Positions 12,890-27,053 are shown, counted from the stretch's first letter. The stretch is 64,000 bases of DNA from Girardia tigrina (GCA_001938485.1 MQRK01216387.1:79846-143845); one strand, 5' to 3'. The notes: generated by a model not told the origin, from the letters alone. Numbers and translations: made by a program.

Positions 12890-13294
12890 GTTATTACTTA
12901 TTAATATAACTTAAATGTTTTACTTTTATTTATTTATGCATTAATTTATTCATATACTATTGATATATATTCTAGTAATAATATCATTCGTAAATAACGG
13001 TATATAGTGCGTATTTTATATCTCTTCTGATAATATACATTATTTACAACATTGTCGTTTTATTCAAATACAGAACTATAATTTAAAATATTCAATTTAT
13101 CACGGTCAAAAATGTCACAAAAATGAGGGGTCGTCTTATCTAACAGTAACAAATTTAACCGTTAATCATATGATTGTCACATTTAGATAAGGTGACCACT
13201 CATTTTTGGGACAATTATGATGGATAAATGGTAGTCATATACACCACAATATACAATACTAATAATTATTAATTTTATCTAATCTCAGTTATTA

Positions 13295-13934
13295 TAAAGT
13301 TATTCACTCATATAAACACCTTAATTCAAATTATAAACACTTCTATTCAAATTACATTTTGTATACGTATTCGAGCAACATATGATCAATTAAGAATTAA
13401 TATAAAATTGGTGTTGTCGGAACTAAATTCCTTTGAAGAGTATTACAGACATTTTTGGAAAATTTGTAACTCGTTAAACAATCGACAACAAAATTAAAAA
13501 AATGTTTATAAAGTTTATAATCTTCATTTATAAAGTTTTTGTTTATTATGTTTTAAATATATATTAATTCTCATCATATCTTCAACATTGTCTGATTTAA
13601 AAGTAAATTATAGATATTTACACTGAATTTCTCTTATTTCAATCAAGAAGTTGAAAGATATTTTTAATGATATTTTTGTATATTAAATAATAAATAATAA
13701 TTTTTGAAAACCGGCTCTTTGTTAATGAAAAACCCTGTAAAAATATTTCTATTCAAATTGTAAACATCTCTATTCATTTATATAAACACTTCTCTTGGCA
13801 GCATATGTTTTAAAATTTAAATTAACGAATTTAAAATTTTTTTATTGGTATTTTTATAAGTGAGTAATAGTATATATGTAAATGAATAGAAGTGTTTATA
13901 ATTTGAATAGTGTTTATATGAGTGAACAACCCTG
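13295..13934. mobile_element. Tc1/mariner-type MITE
   Basis: Imperfect ~55-bp TIRs (GTTATTCACTCATATAAACAC..TTCAAATTATAAACACTTCTATTCA and its reverse complement ending AACCCTG); TA on both sides. Confidence 0.65.
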
Positions 13935-14544
13935 TAAATCATGAGTACAACTGATCTTAATCGTACATTTATTATTTTTAAAAAAATTATATACATCAAT
14001 AACAGCTTAAAAATTATGGAAAGTAATTTTTTTATTTTAAATCTCAAAGACACTTGGATCTTTCAAAAATTGTAAAAATTGTACTGAACATTTGCATTCA
14101 ATAAATATAAATTAAAATAAACAATATAAATAATAAATAAATTATATGATTATATATGTTAGAAAAATATACCCGTATTTTTAATTTGTTGAGTTTTAAG
14201 TTAATTTGAGGTTCAATTTTAAAGAATACTTCAATCAGAAAATTTTGATCCTTGAATTTTGGCATTATTTATATTATTTTGTATGTTATTAAAATATATT
14301 AATTAATATTAATTTGGCAAGAAGAAAGAAGTTCTAACAATGTTCACATGTTTATATATTTTAAATATCTAATTAAATTAATGAAAACAGTGAATAAATT
14401 ATTGAGAAGAAATATGGTGCGTCATTTAATTTTTTTTCTACTGGTGGTAAATGTGCTATAAATGACTTATAGAGCTAAGTGTTGTCCTAATAAAACAAGT
14501 AAAAATTCAGTTCAATTTATACGACACTCTATCAATGGGTTCAT

Positions 14545-14950
14545 TCCATTTTTCCATTCCTTTTATTAGCTTACTTTCTATATATGAAATTTAGAAACCT
14601 ATTTTTGAAGGCTTTTTCCTCAATCAATTTTCTTCAAACTTTGCGCACTTACTCATTTTTGATGGCAATAAATGAATGTGTGAAAATTTGATTGAAAAAA
14701 ACTTTTTAAGATCCCAAAATGGGGAAAAACCGAAAATTCGGAGTTCCTGAACAAAATTAATTGAAAAGGATCTACTTATAAATTATAAATAGTTTATATT
14801 ACGCAAAAAAGTAAAGATAAAAACCTATTAATAAATTAATAAATATTAATAAATGTAATAGTAATTTTCCCTAAAAAAATTCTCTTGGCCAAATCGAGTT
14901 TTTCCAACATAAGGAATGGTTAGAAAAATTTTTTTGATTTACTAGTTATG
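14545..14950 (+). repeat. Dispersed AT-rich repeat family (copies at ~31425-31695 +, ~36535-36810 -, ~52185-52425 +), usually next to mariner relics
   Basis: Shared blocks, slightly diverged between copies: AATTTAGAAACCTATTTTTGAAG, ACTTACTCATTT, GAGTTCCTGAACAA, ATCTACTTATAAATTAT. Confidence 0.8.
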
Positions 14951-15313
14951 ATATGCAGTATTACTAATTTTCCAATACAAAATGAAAAAGATGGAACTTT
15001 TTCATCCTTAGTATTTCTATAATAAGTCTCATAAAACTTTTCTGCTTGGATTCCTTTTCAGAATTTCCTGAATGTCATCGTTACGTATTCTTGGAAGACG
15101 ACCTTTCACATTTGAAATGATTAGTATACGTTTCAAGATTGTGTAATGCGTTCTAATGTATTTTGAATGTTTCTAAGATTGTATACTATTCAGTCTGTCA
15201 TGATTAAAATTTAACAGTTAATCCTTTTTATAAATTGATCCTTGTTATTTGTTTCATTATCCTTTCATATAGTGACTAGACAAGCCATTTAACACGAAAA
15301 GTTTTTATGTTAA

Positions 15314-17038
15314 CCCGGCAGCGCCCAGTGTTACTTGAAGCCACATATTTTATGTTTTATTTTTTTTTTATATCTATGGCAAACAATTATAAGGAAATTT
15401 GTTTCATTGTTTTTAAATTATTTCATAGATATTCTTTTATCAGATCATATGTTAAAAATGATTTATTGCAATTGTTTTAATGTTTTAGAAAGCGCACATA
15501 TTTGAATCTGTCCTCCATTCTTGTTTTTCTCGACAATCATATTATAAGTTGCATTTATCTGTCTTTTAAAGTTATATTTTCATTATTTTTTTGTATTCTT
15601 TACTCATCATAACTTTAATAATTATTTTTAGACTAGCATAAGTTTAAAATATTGTTTTCATTAAATAAGTTAACAAGTTGCTTTAAAGCAACATAATGTT
15701 TTTCATCATTTAAATGAATTTTACAAAAAGTAAGGTTATTTTATGAATAAAACATATATAATATTAGGTTGTTCGATATGAAACGGGTCAAAATTAAAGT
15801 AAAATGTAAATCGATTTTTTTTAAATAATAACATTTTATTTTTAATCAAAATATCCCCCATGTTGTCAACACACNNNNNNNNNNNNNNNNNNNNNNNNNN
15901 NNNNNNNNNNNNNNNNNNNNNNNNNNNNNNNNNNNNNNNNNNNNNNNNNNNNNNNNNNNNNNNNNNNNNNNNNNNNNNNNNNNNNNNNNNNNNNNNNNNN
16001 NNNNNNNNNNNNNNNNNNNNNNNNNNNNNNNNNNNNNNNNNNNNNNNNNNNNNNNNNNNNNNNNNNNNNNNNNNNNNNNNNNNNNNNNNNNNNNNNNNNN
16101 NNNNNNNNNNNNNNNNNNNNNNNNNNNNNNNNNNNNNNNNNNNNNNNNNNNNNNNNNNNNNNNNNNNNNNNNNNNNNNNNNNNNNNNNNNNNNNNNNNNN
16201 NNNNNNNNNNNNNNNNNNNNNNNNNNNNNNNNNNNNNNNNNNNNNNNNNNNNNNNNNNNNNNNNNNNNNNNNNNNNNNNNNNNNNNNNNNNNNNNNNNNN
16301 NNNNNNNNNNNNNNNNNNNNNNNNNNNNNNNNNNNNNNNNNNNNNNNNNNNNNNNNNNNNNNNNNNNNNNNNNNNNNNNNNNNNNNNNNNNNNNNNNNNN
16401 NNNNNNNNNNNNNNNNNNNNNNNNNNNNNNNNNNNNNNNNNNNNNNNNNNNNNNNNNNNNNNNNNNNNNNNNNNNNNNNNNNNNNNNNNNNNNNNNNNNN
16501 NNNNNNNNNNNNNNNNNNNNNNNNNNNNNNNNNNNNNNNNNNNNNNNNNNNNNNNNNNNNNNNNNNNNNNNNNNNNNNNNNNNNNNNNNNNNNNNNNNNN
16601 NNNNNNNNNNNNNNNNNNNNNNNNNNNNNNNNNNNNNNNNNNNNNNNNNNNNNNNNNNNNNNNNNNNNNNNNNNNNNNNNNNNNNNNNNNNNNNNNNNNN
16701 NNNNNNNNNNNNNNNNNNNNNNNNNNNNNNNNNNNNNNNNNNNNNNNNNNNNNNNNNNNNNNNNNNNNNNNNNNNNNNNNNNNNNNNNNNNNNNNNNNNN
16801 NNNNNNNNNNNNNNNNNNNNNNNNNNNNNNNNNNNNNNNNNNNNNNNNNNNNNNNNNNNNNNNATATCTGTCAAGAAATACCTTATTTATTTTCATACGA
16901 TAGTTCAAAGTTAAGTTATACGCGATTGAAATGTAAGGTGTGAAGTTTGACCCGTTTCATATCGAACAACCTAATAAATACTATTTAGAAATTCTTAAAA
17001 TAATATATCAGAATTTTCTATGGATGGGCGTTGCCGGG
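15314..17038 (-). mobile_element. Non-autonomous piggyBac element hosting a nested mariner
   Basis: TTAA|CCCGGCAGCGCCC ... GGGCGTTGCCGGG|TTAA; weak relic of the C-terminal Cys-rich region at ~15380-15540. Confidence 0.8.
15764..16974 (-). mobile_element. mariner element (interior is an assembly gap)
   Basis: Perfect 28-bp TIRs TTAGGTTGTTCGATATGAAACGGGTCAA, TA TSD, ~1.2 kb; the 3' end encodes CVDNMGGYFD*. Confidence 0.92.
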
Positions 17039-17049
17039 TTAAGGAGTCC

Positions 17050-17590
17050 GATTGGAATTCTAGATTGCGATGTAACCTAGTTTGAAATTTTTCATTATTT
17101 AGAATATTACCATTTCCGATTGACATTGAATGTTAAGGCTGCATTTTCATGTCCAACGCTTGTTAAACCAATTTTATGATTTCCTTGATGCAGTTGAAAT
17201 TGTGAATTAGACGGGAATTTCGCCAGTATTGCCTTAGCACATATACCGTAATCTCCAGCGATGTATTACATATGAAATACAATGTTTTTTCTTATAAGAT
17301 TGTTGCTCAATAATATGACAGTATCACTCAAGTGATTTCAAGCCAAAAAAGTCGATAGTGGCAGTTTCCATATCCTTCTTACTCGTGAACTTGGACAGTG
17401 AAGAAAATGGGCCAACGAGTAGAACAAGTGAAAATCAGAAAGAGGGAAGTTCGGAATTTATTCGAGGTGTACCATGATTTCAATACCTGACAGCTCCTGT
17501 ATTTTGTTCGGAATCTTCCATGAAGTATGGATTTGAGCGTTTTATATAATTTCAGATTATTTTGCTGGGTAGCAATTTGTAGTTAAAATA
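17050..17590 (-). mobile_element. Penelope-like relic (thumb + GIY-YIG)
   Basis: Minus-strand LTTNCYP (NGYP motif), TGENSR..IKE.HK (YIGET.R.L..RI.EH motif), VILNNEKF. Confidence 0.5.
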
Positions 17591-18019
17591 TCACTTTTAA
17601 ATCTCATAAAAACTTTCGAATAATGTATTTGTATATATACATATATTTTATACATATATATGTATATATATGTATATTAATCACTTTATGAATGCTTCTC
17701 TTCAATGCAATCCGAATGTTACTGATTTTATTGCAAATGTGATTATGTTATAAGTATGTTACTTTTAATTATGAACATTCAATGTTATTTTTTTTTCGAG
17801 TTCTTTTTAAATTTCTTTTCGACTAATTGGATGATTTAACCAATTTTTCCAATTTATTTCTGTTTGATCGGTGGTTCATAATTATAAAATATGAAGAGAT
17901 TAATAATTCCGGTTTGACTCCCCCAAAATAATATGTTGGTTTTTTTATGTAATTTATTTTTGTATTATATATCTTTTTTATACATATGTATATACACTGA
18001 CATTCCTTTTGTTAATCAC

Positions 18020-18790
18020 CGATTTACAATTTTGTTATGAACCACATCAGGAATTTTTTGCTAGAGTTGGTGAATGGTTCATGCCGTGCCCAGTTAATTT
18101 CATATAGCCTTTCAATGTTTTCAGTGAACGAAAGCAAATAAATTCCGAGTTCCTCGTTTTAACTTATATTCTATAAGTCTGAACAAAACTTTGTCTAGGA
18201 TTTAATTAATCACAATACTAAAATATAATTTTGTGTTTTTTTTGTTTTAAATGATAATGCTTTTGTTTAATTTTTACAATTTTTTTCTTTTAGAACACAT
18301 AATGTTCTCATTTATTTTATTTATTAATTAACTTTTAATTAATATGTTTTCAGCTTAAAAACATGCATAACCTCCGCTGTGCGCCTATTGATTTCTGGAG
18401 CGGAAGCCGTGCTTCCACATTAAACTTTTTCCGAAACGTTTTATCATAACAAACGGCAAATAACAATATTTCTCCAAAATCACCATTTTATGCAACAAAC
18501 AGTCACCATGTCTGTCGACAAACACATTCGTCGAATTCTTTTTAATATCGTAATACGTAAAATTACTCCGATTCGATTCGCACCTTTTTAAAGAACTCAA
18601 ATGCGATTTTGTCATTGTTTTCAAATCGACTTGCGTAAACGAATCGACGATAAAACTTTCCCCAATATGCGAATACGTATACGGCTCGTGAATCATCACC
18701 AATACTCCTTTCGGTTTATTAATATCGTTAAATGGATTGATTCACAGATTTTCTGGATAATTTAACGCTTTGTAAATTACTAATTTAAAA
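18020..18790 (-). pseudogene. DEG/ENaC (amiloride-sensitive Na channel)-like extracellular fragment, disrupted
   Basis: KGVLVMIHEPYTYSHIGESFIVDSFTQVDL..SHLSSLKRC..DCLLHKMVILEKYCYLPF matches G.RV.IH...P....G..V.......L....C. An in-frame TGA lies upstream and frameshifts/stops downstream. Confidence 0.55.
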
Positions 18791-20259
18791 GGCCAGTGAT
18801 ATATTTTTTATCTTTGTTAAATTTTCAATTGAATAATTTTTAAACACAAATTTAAAAGGCTTTTTTTTGTGGGAAAATATTTATTTTTCCAAACAAAGAA
18901 TTGTTGTTATTGATTGACATAAAATTGAATTGTGAACTTTACATGTAAAATTTCTTTACATACAAACACACACACAAATATGTGACCCACACAATTTACC
19001 ATGCCAATCACATCAATACACTCAATTTGTGAATTTTCCATCATCAAAACACAAGAATACACACACACATACATTGCGATTGATTAATTCAAATCGATGT
19101 GATTTTTAATCACAATTTTGAATTGATCAACCAAAATCGCAAAAAATATTTTCAAATCACTTTCAAATCAAACAGTTATACGTACAAATTGCACATAAAG
19201 CCGATTCGAAATCACAAAAAAGGACTCAAATTCAAAACACGCACACCATCACGAAACCAAATGAAAGTGATTGTTTAATCACAATTTTTATATAAATATG
19301 TATATTTTTTTATTTGATTTATTTATTTAAATTTCTTATTAATTTTTACTTTTAATTTAAATACTTTATTTAATTTAATGATTTTATTTAATTACTTTTA
19401 ATTATTTATTAATTATTTATTAATTACTTTTAATTTTTTATTTAATTTAATTTTACTCTAATTATTTATTTAAATGGTAAATATTTATTTATTTAATTTA
19501 TTTCTTTAAAATTTAAAAACTTGCAAAATTTTCGGTCAGCAGAATCGATTTCCGCTCCAATTTCTTAATACTTAAAATAAAACTAAACAAAAAAATAAAA
19601 AAACTGGAAGAGGAGACTTATGGAGATCTTACGGTCAGCGTAAATTTTAATATAATTTTTTTATTTTGTTTGTTGTTCTAAATTCAATTTTTGTGTTATA
19701 TATTACTCGATCTTGATACAAATTTTATAACTGAAACCGAATTTTTCTTCGCTATCCGCAACGGACATTCGACTGTTGAAGTTTCGATCACAATTCGTGG
19801 ATTGAATTCTTGTCCCGGAGGCAGTCCGATCATACTTGATAATATCTAATCTGAATTTTTGAATAGTAGTATGGTTTGGTATCGAATGAGGTAAAGAGAA
19901 AGAAGAGGTAAAGGAGAATACCACTTTAGTAATTAAGTAATAATATACGAAGACATTTTTTGTCTTTAAGGACTCAAAAATTGTAATATTTAGTTTCCTT
20001 AAATAATTATAAATTAACTTAAAAAATATGAATGTATTTTTTGAGTGTGTAGAAATTAAAATTTTACATCAAATGGTAAAATATGTTTCGTATTTAAATT
20101 AAATTCAAACTGATCTTTATTTAAATCAATCAATTTTCAGTTTTTAAGGATTTAAAGCATTTAAGAAGATTAAAGCCTTTCAATAATTCCAAGCTTCCTC
20201 TCAAATAAATCGAAATGATTTATGGATTGCAATCTAATCATGCATATAAATTTAATTGC

Positions 20260-21420
20260 TGTGGTGTTAAAACTAGTACATGGTAGAGGGGATGAATTCG
20301 TTAGCAGGTCAGATATATCTCCAAGTGGCGTTCTTGGGAAAATAAAAAAAATCTAGACTACAGTGTTCGAATCTAGCTATATGCTGCTTGAACAGAAGAC
20401 AGAGATTTGTATTTCAAATGGACTAGGAAACCACTTTGAAGGTTTAGCTTCTATACTGGATGTGAAGGCCGTGGAGATGATTGATATTACAGTAGATTCC
20501 GTTGTTATGAGGTTTTGAAATAGTGCGGCTTTAAAAAAATATTATGTAATAAGATGCTTCCAGTTCATTGGATGCCCAACAATAAAGCCTGGATAACTAC
20601 TGCAATTTTCACAGAATGGTTTAATCAATATTTTATTCCAGATTTTATTCCGGAAGTTGAAAAATATTTTCTAGATAAAAAAGTCTCGAGTTCAAAGTGA
20701 TTTTACTTATCGATAACGCGCCAGGTCATCCGCATATTGAACATCCTAATGTCGCGATAGCCAAGTGGATATTTCAGCACATTTTAGACAAGGTAGAGAA
20801 TAAAGAGATGACAGTTATGGATTTCTGGCAAAAATTTTCCATTTTGGATTGCATAAATCATGCTGATTTGGCTGTTAAAGCTATACAACGACAAACTTTA
20901 AATGCTTGCTAGAAAAAAATGGCCAGAATGCAGTAAAGGTAAAAGCCTGACAGAAGTAATATCAACTGCAGAAATTATATCTTTTATACTATTGGAATTA
21001 GTGCCCATTTTATGTGATTTTATTGTATTATATCATAATTATGTGGTTCTTAGAAATTTGGAACCTATTTATGGTTTTAATATGAAATTAGTACCCTTTT
21101 TATGCGACTTGTATTGCATTATTTCGGATTTATGTGGTTCTTAGAAATTTTAGAACATATATGTGGTTTTACTATAGTATTAGTACCCTTTATATGCTGT
21201 TTTTATGCTATTCTTGCGGAACGTTTCTACCGCATAAAAAAGAATTTACTGTACTGTTGTGAAGTATGGTAAACCCATGATCGATGGTGAGATAACATTT
21301 TTATGATATCCGATAAATTAATCCTTTTAAGCAGTGTTGTGATAATGCATGTTATTTAGAGGAGTAGTACTGTGTCGATTCCCAGTTGGGGGGAGTAGCA
21401 TGAAGACACTATCAGCTTTC
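20260..21420 (-). mobile_element. Decayed non-LTR (LINE) RT relic, interrupted by a Tigger insertion
   Basis: Purine-rich plus strand with weak RT C-terminal-like remnants on both sides of 20490-21251. Confidence 0.3.
20490..21251 (+). mobile_element. Tigger/pogo deletion derivative
   Basis: TA|CAGTAGATTC ... GAATTTACTG|TA; PVHWMPNNKAWITTAIFTEWF and LLIDNAPGHP (DDE_1); ~90-bp tandem repeat near the 3' end. Confidence 0.85.
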
Positions 21421-21801
21421 TAAGACCAAAAAATCAACAAAACTTAATAACTTTAGAGGAAAGAAATGGTCACATTAGAGAAATAACTCTTCTTCTCAAA
21501 ATCCGAATTAATGGGCATTCACAGTTGAGTCGATTAAGTAAGATTCGTGATTATTGATTACATTGTAAAAATATAATCTCTTTTGTTTAAAAGAATGAGT
21601 TTCTGTTTTACAGAAGCGCTGAATTATTTTATCACTATTGATAAGATATTAAATCCATTTAACAAATATTCAGGACGGAAAAAGTAAAGCAGTTTCAAAT
21701 CTTGAAATCTGTAATTGAATTAAAACATGTTTTGCCAATATTATCCCTTAATACTTTGAATTATTAAAAATAAATAAATAAATCATTTCTATGAAACTCC
21801 C

Positions 21802-22420
21802 TAGTGGCGTAGCATTTTGCAATTGATAAAAAAATTACATATAAAATAAAATGAATAAAAATCTAACTAGAATTTCGATTCTGAAATACTGGCAAGTACA
21901 GAATGTTAAAAACTTGCTTATTTCAGAGAAAACTACCAATGGCTCGCAGATTTGTGTGTTACCAGAAATGCGCAAATTCCTTACCGTGGCAACTTTTTGA
22001 TTTTTGTATTTCAGTAAATTACTTCCGGTTATTAGATTTTATTTGACTGAATTTTCTTACTTCGTTTGTTTGTGAATTTGACAGTCTTCTCCATCGAGAG
22101 GAAGCTTGCTGCTGAACTGAATTTTGATACTATTATCAATAAATTTGCAGAAATGGAAGCGCGAAAAGTTCACATGTAAATTGTAATTAAAATTGTAAAT
22201 TTTGAAATGTCTTCGTTACTTTTTAAATTTTATTATAAGAATAAGAGTATTGCAAGAAGAATATGAAATGAAAGTAATGAGTTTAAGACTTAAAATTACA
22301 GCACTCTATTTAATTCTTAGCATAGACAGTCATTGAGTGTTCCGGATAAGGACTATAAACGACAGGGGGCAGCAAATCTTAGTTTCGCCCTGGGTGCTAA
22401 TAACAGTTGCTACGTTACTG
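21802..22420 (+). mobile_element. Non-autonomous hAT element with hATC relic
   Basis: TIRs TAGTGGCGTAGC / GCTACGTTACTG; 8-bp TSD AAACTCCC/AAACTACC; SIERKLAAELNFDTIINKFAEMEARKV*. Confidence 0.82.
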
Positions 22421-25400
22421 AAACTACCATTGAATAAAACTAACAAATATTAAGTTATAATTGCTTATGATGGATTATGAAACTTCGAAACATTTTCAAT
22501 TTGGAAATTTGGTGAGTTCATCAAAATTTTGAATTTAAAATCTAAAAAAAATCAAATATCATATGAATTCATAAATTTTAAAATTAAAATATAATTGTTT
22601 TGAGACAAAATGAAAATAAAACTTTCATTAAACAACAAAATGGTTAAAATTGAAATAAATTAAAAGGCAAATTTTATTTTTTTGAAAATGTAATTTTATT
22701 GAAATGCAAATGTACGTGGCAATATTAATTTAAAAGGTGATTTTGTTAAAATGAAAATGGAAAATAAAAATGGAAATTTAATAAAATATAAATAAAATCT
22801 TTGTACAAAATTTTAATAAAAAGACCTTTATAATTTTATAGACGATTTTAAATTAAAATTCGGAATTTACAAAATAACAATATCTGAATTTACATTTATT
22901 TTTATTTATAATGGTTTGTATAAATAAAAGAAAGTGCTTAAGTTCCTCAAACATATGTATGAAAAATCGTTAATGTGATGGAAATAAAATTTTGTGTCAT
23001 GAACTTGAATTCCGAATTCGAACACAATAATCAATAATTAATTTCTTAAAAAAAGCTTTAACTAAATTATTTTTCAAATGTATAAATTTTTTATGTTCTC
23101 GACGCGTTGATGTCGGTTCGGGTTGGATTTTGCGATCGATTTTAAAGTATCTTTCCTTTTAGCTAGGGCTTTTAAATTTTGAACACAGCTCAAAACTACA
23201 TGACAATAAAATATTTGAGCATATAACGACAACTAAGCCTAGTTTTTGGGCCAGTTTAGATTAATGTTGGCTTTGTTTTCAAGTTTTTTTTACAAACTAA
23301 TGAAACTACTTTTTCTTGAGATCCTGTAAATATAAAAATATAAAATATATAAAATAATCTTACTTGTTGTTCTAAATAAAGATTTTAAAAGATTGAAAAA
23401 ATAATAATAATTAAATAAAAAAGACGGATAATCCCATTTTAACCTTCCCCTTGTTTGAGCAGGTTGCTCAGGGACGCGAGGCGGTTAATTGGGATAATAA
23501 TAAAAAGAAATATATATAAATCTTAGTACATATTTATTATTAATTTTATATTTATTTATAACATCATTAATTTTATCTTTAATTATTTTTATTATATTAT
23601 TATTAGAATTAAAATTAGTATATTCCTTTACGGCGAGTTTTTCCTTCCTCCTCAGAGACCCATTCATTATGAGGGTACTCTTGATTTAAGTGGAGAAGTT
23701 CGCCAAAGGTTTATCTTTATTTTTAAATTATTATTATAATGATAAAAATTGTATTATTATTATTATTATTATTTTAAAGCAATATTATTATTGTAAGTAG
23801 CGTTTATGCCACTTTCATTATTATGACATTCTAAAGTCATAATTTAACACCACAACAATTTATTACTATTCACAATTCATATACTTAAACAAATTTGTTG
23901 TTATTTCAATTATTTCGCCCAAAATTAGTTCATTAAATTTTTTTTGATTAAATTTTGAAAATATACAAAAATTTAAATCTTAAATAATCTTATATTTTTT
24001 TACAAAAAAATTACAAATTTTTAATGTAACCAAATTTTACATTCTTACGAAACTTAATCATAAAACTAATTAATTTAAATTTACAATAACCATTTTATTA
24101 AAAAANNNNNNNNNNNNNNNNNNNNNNNGTTAATTAAAATTTATTTAGCTTATTCTATAACTTTTATTAAAATATGTTAATTGTTATTACTGTAAACATA
24201 TTTTAAATAAGTATTTATTATCATATTTTTACTCTACATTGCAATTGTTAATTTATTTCTTTTAAATTTTCAAATTAAAAAAAATAATAAACTATTTTGG
24301 CGAAACTAACCCCTCATAATTATTATTAATATTATTCTTAAAATAGTATATTATTATTGTTAATAAATGAAAACGTACTTTTTCAATTCAAAGAAAAATG
24401 AAAAATTTTCTACTGGTAAATGCAATATTTACGGAAACAAATTCCCAGTTCATCAAATTGAATCTAATTATACACAATTTGGAATTCCATTTCTTGATAT
24501 GGGCCCTGCGTCTTTGCAGTCGGTTCGGCAGGAGTTGTGGATAAATCTTTATCCTCATTATTCCAGTATCACCACATGCATTACCGATTTCTTTAAATTA
24601 TTGTGTCAAAAAACAAATTGACTAATTAGTGCCACATGCTGGCCTAAATCATAAAAAATAATAAAATATAAAAATAAATAATTTTAATAATTAAAATTTT
24701 AATATATTCTAATATATATATATTTTTTATAAGTGAAAATAAGGTATAAATACCCTCTAAAAAAATTTAAAGATCACACAAAAAAATCAAATAACAATAT
24801 AAAACTTCAAACAAGTTTTCAATCAAATTTTTATTCAGCCTCAATTATTATATCAAAGATCAATGTACAAATTTTGTCATTATCAAATATAAATTTTTAT
24901 AATATTTGTTATTTATCTCAATTGCAATAAATTTAACAGCATCAATTATTGAGCTGGCTTCGCGCTACGAACAAGTAACGCAACCTTCGATTTTAGTTGA
25001 TTCAATTCACAACAATATATTTTCTTTGAACATAATTATTCAAACGACAATTCAGTTATAAATTTACAAACCACCAACATTTTTATTTGTAAGTGGACAG
25101 TTTTGTTTAAATTTATTATTTTCAAAAATTTATCATGGAAAAAAAATTATTTTGGAAAATTTTACTGATTATTTTGATTTTAATGAAATAAAATATTTTA
25201 AAAAAGTGAAAGAGATTAGTTTTAGTTTATGTTTGAGTCGAATAAATAAGGAAAAAAGAAACATAATAAAGTAATCAATACACGATAAAACGTGGTTATA
25301 TAATAAGCCCTTTTTATAAATCTGATTATTATCACTTCTAAGTTACGTTGATAATAGGTTATATTATATTTTGAAAGGTATAAGGTACGAAGTGGTAAAA

Positions 25401-26079
25401 ATGTATTTTTTGTTTTAATTTGAAGCTTTAACTTGTGTTATTTGCATGGATAGTTTCAAGAAAAACCCAAATAAAAGATTTTTTTTAAAAATTATTTGTT
25501 AAAAAAGTTTTCAATTAGGAAATTTAATTTTCGATCTAATTTATTTCTTTGATTTATAATTTATTGATTTTGCACCATTGTTTTCCGAATTAATGAAAAC
25601 ATATTAGCCTTCAGAAAAATTTACAAAATTCCATTAATTTTTCATATTCTTCTTAATCTTCTTGATCAATAAATTTTCAAGAGAGTTCAATTACTCAAGT
25701 GGATTTATATCATTTGGAATCAATTTTTTTCTCAAAGTTATCTTTTTAAATTAAATTAAAATATTTTTTGAGAGAAAACAGAGCTATAGATTTTTAGTTG
25801 TTTTTTTATATTTAATTGGGCGATATTTATTCTGTCTAGAATTATTTATAATTTATATTTGGTTATGTACGTTTGGAAAATTGAGGTTTGAAGTAAAACT
25901 ATTAGTTTTGTTAATTAATAAACTTTTGCCGTTTAACTGATTTTTTTCGGGTGATGAAATTTGGGACTGATTTTTGATTTTATCTCACTTTTTTCTCATT
26001 TTCTTTCATATTTGCATTAAGAATTGATACATCTTTTAATTAAAAATTTTAACTACATGATTCATCTAAAGTGAAGTTT

Positions 26080-26296
26080 CAAGAGAAAGTTCGTCGTTAT
26101 ATCAGTTAATTAACGTATTGTGTCTTAAAATCAGGCAAGAATCTCATAAAAATCAAGAAAAAATCTTTTAAAATTGAAGGATTATTTACCATATGGACCA
26201 GCACAACTAGTCTTACTTGTTTTAATCTTATAGCCAGTATGAAGAAACATATAAAAGACTTTATTGAAACCAAAGGTGATGTTACACATTACTAAC
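26080..26296 (+). mobile_element. Tc1 transposase C-terminal relic
   Basis: LIASMKKHIKDFIETKGDVTHY* matches L..SM..R...VI..KG..T.Y*. Confidence 0.65.
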
Positions 26297-26810
26297 TGCT
26301 GTTTATAAAAACATATAAGCTATCCGATGACTTTTGAACCAATAAAAATTGTTTTCAGGTTGAAATAAATCTTTTATTATTTAGAGATTTCAAGTTTTTT
26401 TGTTAAATTTCAATTATTCAATTGCAATTTAACTTTAATTAAATTGGTGTTCTTTGAATAATATGTAATGCGGTTACCCCGCAGTTGTTTTTGAAGATTA
26501 ATAAAAAAAATGAAAATTGCTAGATTTTCGAGTTTCTTTATATCAATCAAGATGAAATTGAAAATATCCCAAAAATTTGGTGCATCAACTGATCCCGATT
26601 GTCTTATATGTAACCGAAATACAATGTAAACATGTTGAATTGAGGGATGAGACACCAAATAGGGGGAATTTCCTCCACGTATTGAGAGGTAGATTGGTAA
26701 AACTCTCCAAAAAACATCAAGAGAATGAAATACAGCCCTCATCAGCGCCAAAAATGATGGTTGTTACATTTAAATCGGGAAGATGAACCAATACAATCCA
26801 AATATATTAA

Positions 26811-27053
26811 CCCATTAACGCCGAACGGAAACATTCGTGCCCATCTAATAAAAATGGCTGTAAAAGTAAAGACATTGCATTTAGCTATGTTTCGTTGATA
26901 AGGTGTGTACTCTGAAGGTTCAGAACACATACGGAACATGTTTTGTTTCTCTGTCACCAGGCATGCATGCGCAGTAGCCGGCTGACCTTGACCAAGAAAG
27001 GAGTGTATGTAACATGGAAAAATTCATATTACATAATTCTCGGCATTAATGGG
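26811..27053. mobile_element. piggyBac MITE (243 bp)
   Basis: TTAA|CCCATTAACGCCGA ... TCGGCATTAATGGG|TTAA. Confidence 0.9.

Noticed and set aside
15736-16908. Long ORFs spanning N-runs (also at 29 kb, 47.5 kb, 48 kb, 53.7 kb)
   Set aside because: Artefacts of translating assembly gaps
24440-24640. SET-like RFIHNSC peptide on the minus strand
   Set aside because: Stops in all frames and no other SET motifs
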